This document shows, in pieces, positions 1-12,756 of a stretch of DNA of 64,000 bases. The stretch comes from Octopus vulgaris (taxonomy: Eukaryota), in the NCBI GenBank assembly GCA_951406725.2, contig OX597818.1:91698001-91762000 (forward strand), read 5' to 3'. Both the position numbers and the translations under genes were made by a program. The notes beneath the pieces are model-generated. The model saw only the letters and a list, made by a program, of their open reading frames with translations, did not search any database and was not told the origin of the DNA. Positions within the stretch are counted from its first letter, which is position 1. The number at the start of each line of letters is the position of its first letter.

Positions 1-160
1 CGTCTGCCGTTACGTTCTGAGTTCAAATTCCGCCGACTTTGATTTTCATGTTTTCGGGGTCGATAAAGTAAGTACCAGTTGCATACTGGGGATAGAGCTA
101 ACCAACTGGCGCTCCCCTCCAAAAAAGATTTCGGGCCTTGTGCTTATGGTAGAAAAGAAT
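1..160 (+). mobile_element. SINE type 1 (tRNA-like head), partial, in intron 1 of gene A
   Basis: B-box-like GAGTTCAAATTCC plus core tttcat..tttcggggtcgataaa.taagtaccag, shared with many copies in the window. Confidence 0.75.
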
Positions 161-1220
161 AATTTTTCGTTTAAGATCAAAGGCAGAAATTCTAAAGAAC
201 TACTTTTTACTTCTTACTTTCAACAAAATGAATAGCAAGTCAAGAAGAGGACATCTTCCTGACCATACGGTGGGACACACTGGGAAATGTAACCCTTGGA
301 ATTGAAATGAAATTGTATTCTAACGGCCGGAATGTAGTTTGATCATAGATCTATTCGAGGATTAAACTGAAGTACGGATGTAAGAACAGGCATAAAGACA
401 GAGTAAACAAAATACTAGATAACATATTGAGAACCTAAACAATGTGTAATTGTTATTGACCAATTGATTGTCAATAACAGAATCATTATAATATTGACTT
501 TTAACAAGCAAAATTTTCCAGACTTAATAATGATTTCCAGACTTAAATTGTTGTCGTGTGACCAAATACATCGTATTGATCGTGAGTAACTTATCTCAAT
601 TTCTCGATATGTTAGCAAAGCAATTCTTGGTAATAGAAATAGTGAGATCTGCAACCCACTGAGCCATGGTTATAAATTTTATCTCCATATCGTATAATCT
701 ACATTACGCTAAAATCTGTTGAAATGACCGTCTCACTAGCCGCTGCTGGTATAAGTTTTCGTCTTCCTCTGATAATTATTGTGTTTTTAACTCAGAAAGT
801 TCATAAGAGATGATATCTCATGACAAATAGTGCTGTAACGAGTTAATCGGTAGTGTGCATACATTGAGTATGACACGTAGGTGGTTACTTTGACGAAATA
901 TTGCTTCAGTAGTGTATACCAGGATTTAATTAACTAGGCGGCTATTCGCAACGTCAACAAATGTTTTATTCAATTCTCGTATATGCGAGATAACGAATTA
1001 TCGTCCGGATATGTATCCTGCAGCAAGTATGTGCTGTATAAAAGGCTCAATAATGTATCTCAAACTCTCGGTAGCAGCTGTTGGAAAGAATTTTCATCTT
1101 TCTTCCTAATTCTCTGACGTTTACTGCTTTTAGTACAGCAAGTCGATACGAATTTGCCATTAACAGACTTATCGACAGCGTGCCTATATTAAGTATGATA
1201 CATAATGGTTATCATGTTTA

Positions 1221-1306
<86 letters not shown>

Positions 1307-1628
1307 CCCACACATATATAGCCAGATAGTAATCAACGCAAGGTTAAACTGTAGTGCTAACGAAAGTACTTGTGAAAGACGGCTAAACTGAGCAAATAGC
1401 AATTAGGTGATATCTTGATAGCAATACTTAAATATGAAGTCCATCAAATTTTTGATAGTCAGATATCGGAGGTGCTTTAGACTTTGCCATATGCGTCTTT
1501 CCTCGTAAATACCAATTAATTTCGTTTATATTGAACGCACTCAAAACTCTGCTAACGTATAAGCAATTATGTACGACATTTGAGATACCTTATGAATATA
1601 TAACAACAGAAGATAAAAATCCACTTAC

Positions 1629-1761
1629 GATTTCTCATACCACTCCATTCTGAAGAATCGATCCTGCGGTCATTGTACTGGACACCAGCTGCTGCAAAGA
1701 GCATACGGCAGATCTCAGCACGGCCACGGTGGTTGAAGTAGTGGAGAGTGTAGGAAGGCAT
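1629..1761 (-). CDS. S-crystallin gene A, coding exon 1 (rest of gene lies left of the window)
   Basis: Translates [44 protein letters not shown] plus 1 nt, the cephalopod S-crystallin/GST-sigma N-terminus. 133 nt, followed by donor GTAAGT. Same length and phase as gene B exon 1. Confidence 0.96.
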
Positions 1762-1872
1762 GTTTGGTTTGGTTGTTTGTTGTTGGTAGATTTACCAAGA
1801 ATAAGAATTTGTCGTGTGTTACTTTGTGTATTGGAGACAATACAGGAACTGCAAAGAATTTCAAACTACCGC

Positions 1873-1880
1873 TTTTTATA
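1873..1880 (-). promoter_or_regulatory. TATA box of gene A (TATAAAAA)
   Basis: Canonical TATAAAAA about 112 nt upstream of the ATG; similar spacing to the gene B TATA. Confidence 0.7.
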
Positions 1881-1953
1881 GCTTTGATTTTTTCGAATTT
1901 GAATAAGAATCTTACGTGTGATTCTTATTCTCAGTTGTGGGTAATATAAAGAA

Positions 1954-1980
1954 GAAAATTACACATGATTGTCAATTGTC
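1954..1980 (-). promoter_or_regulatory. Conserved S-crystallin promoter block, copy A
   Basis: gaaaattacacatgattgtcaattgtc matches 39792-39818 at 24/27 positions. Confidence 0.6.
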
Positions 1981-2284
1981 TTGAAGAATCACCATAGTCA
2001 TTAGAAGCACAAAAACCAACGTGATTTTTCAATGTTCTATTAATTAAAAGAAGAACTATGGGTGAGGAATATAATCTACAGCATTGTCCATTGTTTCCAA
2101 AATACTATAGAACCGTTCATTCTTTTCCAAATTCATTGTCTTCATACAACATCCGGTGTGTTAGCCAGTTACATTGTTATAATTACTGTTAGTAAATGTC
2201 TTGTATTGCAATATGCTTTAGTTTTAGTTTGTGTGCGTTGTGTGTATGTGCATGCGTTTGGGTATACATGCCAAAATAAAAGTG

Positions 2285-2289
2285 TATAT

Positions 2290-2346
<57 letters not shown>

Positions 2347-2369
2347 GCATATATATAAACGTATATATA

Positions 2370-2424
<55 letters not shown>

Positions 2425-2433
2425 GTATATATG

Positions 2434-2464
<31 letters not shown>

Positions 2465-2658
2465 GGGGAGAGAAGCATACGCACATTCATATATATATTA
2501 TTATTTATATGCACACACATACACACATATATATACATATATACATACATGTATGCACATATATATATATATATATTGTGTGTGTATATATATACTTATA
2601 CGTGTGTATATATATATATGTATGTATATATATATATATAAATACATATATATATGTG

Positions 2659-2714
<56 letters not shown>

Positions 2715-2800
2715 TACACACATATGTACATATACATATAATTGTATATATGAGTGTATAATAATATACATGTGTGTGTGTATTTCTGTGCGTGTGAGCG
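2285..2800. repeat. Long compound (TA)n/(TG)n microsatellite, representative of dozens in the window
   Basis: Directly visible; source of the spurious YIYI/VCVC ORFs. Confidence 0.95.
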
Positions 2801-3074
2801 TGCCTGTGTGTATGTTTCTGAACGTTTATGAATATATTATGTGTGTGAGGATGTGTTTTACTACAAAATATGTTCATTATTCACACGCATACGAACATAA
2901 ATAGGTACGTAAATATGTAAAAAAATACAAACATACATACATATATTGACAGGTACATATACATGCAACCACACATATACACATACACACACATGCAAAA
3001 CCACGTACCCGTCAGACGCCTCATTCTCTGACAGAAATTAAAAGAAACATACACATATATACATACATGATTAT

Positions 3075-3497
3075 AGGCGCAGGAGTGTTTGAATGGTAAG
3101 TAGCTTGCGTACCAACGATATGGTTCCGGGTTCAGTGTCACTGCGTGGTACGTTAGTGAAGTGTCTTCTACTATAGCCTTGGGCCAACCAAAGACTTGTG
3201 AATGGATTTGTTAGACGGAAGCTGAAAGAAGCCTGTCGTATATGTGTGTGTGTTTGTGTTTGTGTGTGTTGTGTGTGTGTTTGTGTGTGTGTGGTGTGTG
3301 TGTGTGTGTGCGTGTGTGTGTGTATGTGTTTGTTTGTCTGTCTGTGTTTGTTCCCCCACCATCGCTTGACAACCGATGTTGGTATGTTTATGTCCCGTAA
3401 CTTAGCGGTCCGACCTAAGATTAAGTCCTGGGGTCGATTTATTCGACTAAAGGTGGGGCTCCAGCATGGCCGCAGTCAAATGACTGAAACAAATGAA
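3075..3497 (+). mobile_element. SINE type 2 (CORE-like) with internal microsatellite
   Basis: Head aggcgcaggagtg..tggtaagtagcttgc..ggttcagt, internal (TG)n, tail ..cagcatggccgcagtcaaatgactgaaac. Sister copies carry gcaccttgggcaagtgtctt, which resembles the MIR/CORE domain. Confidence 0.75.
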
Positions 3498-4342
3498 AGC
3501 AGAAAAATGGAAAAAAGAATACACACACACAAACATTTATATGTACGTAATGTATGTATGTATATACGTATGTATGTATGAATGTGTGTATTCATGTGTG
3601 TATATACGCGGAAGCGTTGCTGTGTGCTTAGAATTTTGCTATTCAATAATATGGTCCTTGTTCAGTCCCTTTCATAGCCTGGCGTCGTCCAAAGAATCTT
3701 GAGCAGACAGAAGCTGAAAGAAACTCCTTGTATATATAGATAGTACTCCAGCATGACCACAGACCTGTGACTGAAACAAGTAAAAGGTTAAATGGATAAT
3801 AGAATACATACACGCACATGCATCCATACATACCTACACATACGAGTGTGCATGCATTCGTGTCTGCGTTTAAACAACCACCCATACCATTGCTTCATAG
3901 CGGGTGCTTCCTGTCTATGTATGTATATATGTATGTGTATGTATGTATATATGCATGTAAGTATCTATATATGCAAACAACTGCTGTGAGTGTGAGTGTA
4001 AGTGTGTTTATGTACAAATTTATTTTTCTCATCTTTTATCGACCCCAGTACCAATGTCCTTTTCAATACTGCCATTTTTCGGTATCTTAGGGCCAAACAG
4101 CTAAATTACGGAGACATGAATAATCGAACCCCAGTTGTCAATCTGTGGTGGGGACGCGATACAGGCAGATAATACACACACTTGCATCTATGCATGTATG
4201 CATGCATACATACACGAATACATGCGTGCACACACACACACATACATACATACATACATACATACATACATACATACATACATACATACATACATACATA
4301 GTGATTGTCTACTCCTATGCAAAGTTTCCTCACTTCCTGTAC

Positions 4343-5150
4343 CTATACCTTAGAACAATCATGGCATGTGATGTAGCTTTTTAAACCAGACAATGTTTTG
4401 ATAAGACACCCACATAGATTGCATATCCGATTTGGACAACCAAGCGCTGCAGTTAGGTTTTGATCTTTGTGGATCTTAAAATGTCTTTTGAGGGCTCCGA
4501 TAGATTTCAATACCTTCTGGCATACATTGCATTGAACGTTGTGCACAGGCATTTAGGCAGAATAGTTGCTGGAGGTTCGCTTTCCATGGGTTCGCAAATG
4601 AGATTTGAGCCCATCAAAAGAAAGGCATGGTCTGTCAAAAACTGTGGACACAAAAAGGTCATTGTGATTCACCTTCTCGATCGTAACATTCTTCATTAAA
4701 TCTCTCTTGAGTTTTGCATGCGTTACCCTGACTTCTTCAAACGCTTTGACTCCACTCCACACTTTTGCTCGCCATCCAAATCGATCCGACGCAAGGGTTT
4801 CATGACTTCATGATTGTCCTAATGTCGACCTTAAACCTTTTTTTAGGTTACACCGATGGCGTTTCCCCCTCTGCAAGCTCACCATAAAAAAACAGCTGTT
4901 TGGGCGTGCGTTCATCCGCCATTTAAACAATATGGCCAGACCATCTAATTTGTTATTTTCAAAATCATAGCTTTAATCGAGGTGATACATGCAGATGCAA
5001 AGACAGTTGTGTTTGGAGTAAAAGAACTCCATTTAATGTTTAAAATGCGATATATGGCATTTATTGTGGAATTGCTCTAATAATTTGAAATGTCTTTCAT
5101 AACATGTACATGTTTCAAAAAAATACAACAGGGATGGCAAGACAAACGAT
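4343..5150 (-). mobile_element. RTE-clade LINE, decayed 3' end of ORF with C2H2 fingers
   Basis: Frames give LLEQFHNKC..ILNIKW, RWSGHIV, TPKQLF, TLASDRFGW..WSGVKAFE, then three C2H2-like motifs. Stops and frameshifts present. Confidence 0.75.
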
Positions 5151-5939
5151 TTGTTAAGAGCTAAATTCATACATACATGCATACATGCATCCATACATAA
5201 ATATATACTGATTTAAAGTGTGAGATCGAGCCTGAAGCCGTGCACCTGCAGAGCAAATACTCACAGTTATTTCGAGGTCGTGGACACACTTGGCTACTAT
5301 TCTCGCTTCTAAAGCCGTAAATGTTCCTTGCTACATTATTCTGTCCAACACAGCACCTCCTTTCTGGGTCCGCGTCGCGTTTTCCATAGTGTTTTCTACG
5401 ACATTCTGCGTCTAGCTTTCCGTTCGTATACCAACGCGTGGGCAGGGTTTGTCAGTCCTGGTTGACACAATATCTAAAAGTAAGCAATCTGAGACTTAGA
5501 ATTCGATCATATGGTTCCGATTCATCTAGCTATATCTTCTGCAGTAAAATCTTAAACAAGAGTCCCTTGCTTCTGTCGTCCTTGCGTTGCGATGGCCGAT
5601 GAATTCTTGGTGTAAATATTGCAGATACTACTACGTAAAATGCATTTTACTATTCTTTCAAATCCTGTCAAAAAGGAAAATATGTGAAAACACTAGATGG
5701 AGAATAAAAGACGAGGCATCCTCTCCTATTCTACGATAGGAAGTTCAAATGTATGGGCCAACTGATGTTGGCCTTGCGTATATGACCTCACCAGAGCGAA
5801 TATATAATTTTCAGAATGTATGCTATTCTTGCACAGGAGCCTAGAAAACATTACACAACCAGATATGTTACATTTTTCCTGTTGTTGAATCGCAACGATT
5901 ATCCTCGAATTTGCCCGAACTGTAGCAAAAGAAAGTGGA

Positions 5940-7620
5940 CGTGTACCTCAGAAAATACGCAAGAACTCATTTTTGCATGCTGGAACGTCACTACCATGAT
6001 GGATAGAGATGGTGACTGCGCAGAACAAGACTCTACTTTGGTTCTGCATGAACTTTCAATCTGAATGCTGATATTTCTTTTCTAAATGAAACTTATTTCT
6101 AAGGAAAGGCAAGCTTCGAGAACATGTCACTGTCTATTGTGTCGACTAGCTTTACAATCCAGCGTTAATACACATCTTTCTGGCGTTTGCATTATGCCCG
6201 GAATCCCATGAAGCACCAGCCAAAACACCATCATGGCCTTATCCACTCCATATGCCCACCACCGGTCAGCTCAAGCAGCGTACTTCCTTCTTCAACGTGG
6301 TCACCCCTACAATTTATGCTGACTACACAACATCATACAAAGACCCGCGTAGACAAGATAATCATTCTTTGTCATCTCATGGCCCCATATTTTGGTGCAC
6401 AAGAGAACATTTGTGACGTCTATGATGTCTGTGATACTCGAGTACTATCCTTTGCATAATGTCATATAGATCATAGGCTGGTGCACTGCAAAATCATTTT
6501 CCACTTCAAATCTAGCTAAACGAATGAGATGTTTTCAGACTAGCAATCGCCACTGTACTATAATGATTTCGGGAGTAATCAAAGTTTAAAGATTACAGCT
6601 TTTTCATATAGATCCATCTCTAGAACTAATTTTGGAACAAATAAAATCTCTGATAAGGATTTTTTCTGAAAAATAATTACGGTTTTCATTAAAGAAGTAC
6701 AGAGAATGGTTTGATTATAAAAGTCAGAATTTTCAGGATTGTTGGCTCTGAAGAGAGTTGACTCGTTGCAACAACCTCCAGCACGGCTTTGAAGGATTCA
6801 GAATATGGAGTAAACTGAACTCTCAAAGTGAAATCAGTTCCGTACTGATATCGGATATGCAGAGGAACTTTTGCTCTTATTAATGCAGTGTACAACCCTT
6901 TGCATTAAATTCAGAATGTCTTGTGCAACCCAATATCCAGATGCTCATCACACAAAACGCGTCCATTCTAAACAGGTGATCGTAGTATTTTTAGCACCAC
7001 AGTGATCACCCATAATTTAGTCATTCTTCGCGTACCATATCAGCCGCTGAGATTAGTACTGGCTGGAAGTTTAACATTAGAGGTAATAGCCACGCACATA
7101 TTGCAACCATAAATGAAATGACAAGTTACTGGAGAAATGTGGAACATCAATCGTCATGGTAGGTTTGTTGATGGGAAAGAAAAAAATTACCAAGAAACAC
7201 TGTGCTGCGACTACCATTACCTTCAGCAAGAACTATAAGAAGGGTTTGATTTATCTATCTAACGCTTTGGGAATCAATGCTGCACTTTATCGCTGGAAAA
7301 ATTCTCTAAAGAAAGTACTTTTGACCTGATAGTTTGGTGTTCAAATTCAAAAGGAACACCGACATGTTATTAATTCGATCATCTTCGAGAGCAATATAGA
7401 GGAATAATCAAGAGTCTGTTATGACGTTTCTAGACCTTGCAAATTTGTTTGGTATTTGAATCATGAACGGTTCGTGGAAAATAATGCCACTACTGAGATG
7501 CACGTTAAAATTCCTCATCATGCTCAAAACTGTACAAGATAATTATCGTTACTGACTCACTCACCACAATTATCTTTGAAAGCAGTGTGGTCTTGTAGTG
7601 CCAACATGCTTTACCATCTC
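5940..7620 (+). mobile_element. Highly decayed RTE-like LINE (AP endonuclease start, RT remnants)
   Basis: ELIFACWNVTTMMDRD..LVLHELS resembles the RTE APE N-terminus; DHRLVHCK near 6470; GT.DML/MTFLDLA-like RT remnants near 7350-7440. Interrupted by unrelated sequence. Confidence 0.55.
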
Positions 7621-8394
7621 CAGCTGATGTCCATAGGGGCTATACAGTATCTCACCGGGGAAGAATTTCTGCATCCACTTTGGCTGTGACTTAAATGATA
7701 TCGGTTACCGCTTTGTGAGACTGGGGTCATCCGTTCCTTTTGCAGTAAAGTGGGGATCAATTAATTTGTTACTATTGACCTATTACGATTATCCGGGGAT
7801 TAGCGGGCTACAGCAACAGGAGACTGTGCTCTCTTAGATGACTTCTGGCGAGCTTCTCATGCGGCTCAGTAGCATCAATGCCTGTGAGCTGCATATATTG
7901 CCTTTACTCCAATCATTTCATTTAACTTAATAGAATTTTATGTCCTATTTTTGCGTCCTCACTATTCTACAACTAGTTCGTGTATTCAGTTCATTTACAT
8001 GAATCATTAATCTGTGATTGATGATTCCATATCCTTCCACCTTGCAGCATATTCTGGTTGTATATTCCTGAAAGTATTTCTGTAGTATATGTTTCTTTCT
8101 CCCGAAAGATGCATGTCGTGGGTTCTAAACCGGACCATTTTGTGTAACAGTTATAGAACCGTCAATTCTTTCCCCAACAGCCATAACACTTCACCTACCC
8201 TGTTAACATGGTAGGTATGACAGCTAGTCATCTAAGTGAGAGAATGTATCTCCACAATCTCTTATAACGAAGTATTATTCTTCAACAGTGCAGTATGCAC
8301 GATATAAACATACATAAATTCATACAGGGAGAGAGAGGGAGAGGGAAAAAGAGAGAGAGTGAATTGGCATCTACCAATTTGAAAGGAACCTTTA

Positions 8395-8700
8395 ACTACA
8401 TACTCACACACAGTAAGGCAATGTGGTTTAATCTACCATTTTCAAAAAATAAAAGCACACTGACATGCTAAATCTTCCTCAAGCTTGTAAAATACAATTA
8501 TACACCAGACATAACGTGAATAAAGGTTTGACCCAATGGTACCTAACATAAACTATTCGAAACTAACCACCATCGCCAGGAAAACCCTAGTATACACCAA
8601 TAAAAAAGTAATTCAAACGGCCATGGTATAAAAACACAACTAATCACAGACGAAGAACCTACAATATATATTTGCAAAATGTACATAATGTACAAATGGT
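8395..8700 (+). mobile_element. Penelope-like element remnant
   Basis: MWFNLPFSKN..IFLKLVK resembles the WFNPPFS..FL.L..KHF motif between PLE RT and GIY-YIG. Confidence 0.45.
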
Positions 8701-9897
8701 AGACACGATCCTTCAATGAAATATTAGAATTTGAGTAGTTAATGTTAAAATAAGCGTGAATGTTGAGGGTAATATATTTCTTTTATGTTTCAAGTCTATG
8801 TTAGGTCCTTTTTTTAACTTGCGGTTTGTTAACTGCTTATATTTATCAATCAGATGAACGGTCATCTCTATATATTCCTCTCTTTTTAATGTCACATTCT
8901 CTCTTTAATGTAAATTTTCTAAATGTTTCTTCATTGATTATTGAGTACAGTCAGGGAAATAGCATGCTTAGATGAAGTTGGAAGTTCTCTATAAAGCACA
9001 TTTGTGTCTATTATATTTTTTTCAATATAAAATCACACGTACAATGTATATATTTTAAAAACACATACATTCAAGTTATACATACATACACACAAACTAA
9101 CACACACACATCCTTTGGATTACACGACACACACTTTACATATACAGTATATATTAGCTGATTTACACCGAACTTAAACTCACACATATGCATACATAAC
9201 CACATACACCTGTTTGTAGATTTAGACAAATAAGAGAAAAGTACTTAACACGATCGTAAATTGCAGAAGCTTATATATGATTATTTAGTTGCCTATTTGT
9301 CTGAAATTTCCTTGACATGTAAACAGTAAAACTGTTTTTTCTTGTCTCGGGAACTGACTACTTCTGGGGAAAACTTCAGGATAAGTGGATACTAGAATAG
9401 ATTAAATAAACGCTTTCTCTCGCTCTTTCTCCCCACCTCCGTGTTTCTTACTTTACACATACACATACATACATATAAACAAACATATATACATACACTC
9501 ATGCATACATACATGCATACATACAGTAATGCATACATACAAACACATATCTTCTATGTTTTACTTGTTTCAGTCATTAAACTGCGGCCATTCTGGGGCA
9601 TCACTTTGAAACATTTTAGTTGAATGAATCGACCCCAGCACTTTCTTTTTGTTTTTCTTCTTCTTTAAACCTGATACTTATTCTATCGTTCTGTTTTGCC
9701 GAACCGCTAGGTTGTGGGGGCGTAAGCACACCAACACTGGTTGTCAAGCGGTGGCGAGAGGACAAACACAAACACAGACACACACACACGCACGTATATA
9801 TATGTATATATATATAATATAAGATAAAATGTTTCAAAAAAAATTTATCAGTGGCCAGCATATTCAAAAATACCTTTTAAGGTTAAATTTATAAACA

Positions 9898-10139
9898 ACT
9901 TATAAACAAGGACAAGAGAAAAAATTCCAATGCCAAATATGCCGAAAATAGACTTAAATCGTCAATAGCCACATATAATCCATCACTATCAGCACGCACC
10001 CCGTGCTCTTTTAGAAATTCCTGTCAGCTTGCTTCGGGACGTGTGCTTATAGTAATGAATTATATGTGGTTATTGACGATTTAAGTCTATTTTCGGCATA
10101 TTTGGTACTGGAAATTTTTTCTTTTGCCCTTGTTTATAA

Positions 10140-10141
<2 letters not shown>
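9898..10141. repeat. Long inverted repeat (about 105-bp arms, 31-nt spacer), MITE-like
   Basis: 9898-10003 aligns with the reverse complement of 10035-10141 at roughly 88-90% identity. Confidence 0.9.
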
Positions 10142-10209
<68 letters not shown>

Positions 10210-10215
<6 letters not shown>

Positions 10216-10616
10216 GAATTATCTTGTTACGGATTATTCCAAATTTAACCGATACCTGGGTAGCAAAAATCACAACAGAAAAAACACGGTTGAAGTTACG
10301 ACCATGGGGTGTCGCAACCGTGCCTTAGCGCGGATAATTGAAATTTAATATATTTAGTGAAGGGAAGAAATGGAGCTGAACGAAGGTTCTACAGAATTCC
10401 TTTTATTATTTTTTACGCATGTTTCAAAGGCCGCAAATTTCCAAATTCGGATTGAATAAGGAGACCATTTTGCAGCTTTCTCTTCAGGAAAATCCAGGAA
10501 TTTAAATCTCCAAACAAGTGCGCAGCAAGCAATTCGAACAAAACGCTCCGTAACAATAATCCATAACGAGATAATTCATTTATCCATTTCAATAAACATA
10601 TACTGCTTCGCCAAGA

Positions 10617-10620
<4 letters not shown>
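10210..10620. mobile_element. MITE-like element between (TA)n tracts
   Basis: 10210-10238 matches the reverse complement of 10555-10583 at 27/29. Confidence 0.6.
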
Positions 10621-10709
<89 letters not shown>

Positions 10710-11678
10710 GCGGACTTCTTTTATGTTTCCATTTACCAAATCCACTCACAAGGATATGGACAAAAATTCGAAAGAATTATTAAAGTTTTAGTCTTCACGA
10801 ATCTTCAAACGTATTTTTATATTGGATGAAAAAGAATTCGTTATTAGGGGAAGTAACTGCTTTCAAACTGGAATTGCTTTCAAACAGAAATATATGCGAA
10901 ATTTTGCTCATAACTCAAATTCCTGGGGCAACTTTCTCGTTACTTCATTGGTCATTGAGTATTGTTGCAAATGCTGATTTTGTTCTAATTATGTTCTTGT
11001 TGTTGCTAATTCGCTCCAGCTCAGCTCTGATTAAACACACCTATGATTAAAAAAAAGCATACCGCTCTTGATTATTGCACATATTAATCAAAGGATGGCA
11101 GTAATAAATGTGGTGGTCCCCTGTAATGGTCGTCGTATATGTAATGTAATAGTGGTAGGAGTGGTGGTAGCATTGAGGATAAAGTGGTAGTCGTCGTTGT
11201 AGTGATGGCAGTGGCGTTGGTTGTCGTGTATTGGCGTTAGCGGTGGTATTGATGATATAAATGAGTGTTGGCGGTGATGGTGATAGTGATGGTGCTGTTG
11301 CTGATAAAGGTAGTTATGGTGGTGATGGTGGTCTTGTTATTAGCGTCACTGGTGAATTTGTAGCTGTTGTTAGTCATTCGTGTTGATAATGTTGATGTTT
11401 CGATATAGCTAGTAAGATGCACTCCGAAACTTTGAGAGAAAATCGAGTCCAAGAATATTCTGATTATAAGTGGTACATAGATTACAAGAGATGCATCGAA
11501 CCCAAATATTGATTTGAAACTCAGAAAAAGAAATGCTTGCATTTATTGAAGACTAATGCGTACACTTCAGGGGAAAATTTGCCCTTAGAAAATCCATCTC
11601 GAATGATCGGGTTCTACTTAATTATGGTATGTAGCATTATTGTAGTTGTTGCTAATACTAATTTTCTTCTAAACATGA

Positions 11679-11760
<82 letters not shown>

Positions 11761-12756
11761 GGTGTTTAAGCTTGATTAAGCTTGAAGTCAAAAGCTTAAC
11801 AAGCATGCTCGTTTTTTTAAAATTTTATATCGAGAAATACACTACGGCCTTCTTAGTGTTATTTTTCTTAAGATTTCGCAAGTACTTTTTAAAGAGATAC
11901 GGCTGTTATTTCTAACAAGCTGGAACCACTTAGTGTCCTATCACATTTGGTATTATTGCCCCCCCCCTCCCCGTTTAAAACCTACCCTTGTTACTGCTAC
12001 AATTGCCGGTGAAATTAATATTCAGGTTGTTGGCGTGGCTATCTCTGTCGTTTAGTAAAAGATAAACTCTAATCGAATCGGAACCTAATCGAATCCAACC
12101 GCGATGATCGAATGTGTTCAGGGGTGCGTGAAACTAAATTATCTACATCGTTCTCTTTTTCAAGATGTCAATGGGCCATTTGAGGGAGATTTGGCTACTA
12201 CAACTAAAAAAGTTCGAAAGACCACGGAGAAACAAGCATACTCGTTGTATCTCTTAATGCTTTAATTATAACTATTTGAATTTGTTAATTACTCTTTTCA
12301 CTGCTATGACTATTGTTGCTGTCTTTGCTGCTGTATTTGTTGTAGTTGTTGCTGCACTGTTAATACCCACCTATCTTATTAACAGAGTGGCCTTAGCCTG
12401 ACTACCGATGGATAGGTGCCAGTTAGTGAGTGAATGAAAACTAAAACGTCATTAAGCACTAAGTGAACTTTTTATGTTAAAATTAATCAATATGATTCGT
12501 GCACCTGAATCGAAACCCCTTACTACACCGTACCTTAGAAAAGATGTTTCGCATAATAATTTCGAACGCACACACACACATACACATTTAGCGGGGAAAA
12601 TAGCCAAGTAGGCTAATAGCACGGTTTGACTATTATTTTTGTTGTTTCTTTTCGAATCCGGAAGAAAGAATGGTAAATTTGACGTGTTCAGGTTGTGAAC
12701 TCAGAATGTTAAGGCGTCGATATCTTACGGCATTTCGCAAAGATAACTAAGCTGAC

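Noticed and set aside
2169-2904. Many ORFs rich in YI/VC/HT/YLSI here and throughout the window
   Set aside because: Translations of (TA)n, (TG)n, (TACA)n and (GATA)n microsatellites; not genes.
4343-4552. Host C2H2 zinc-finger gene
   Set aside because: Contiguous with decayed RTE ORF motifs; no TGEKP linkers or exon structure.
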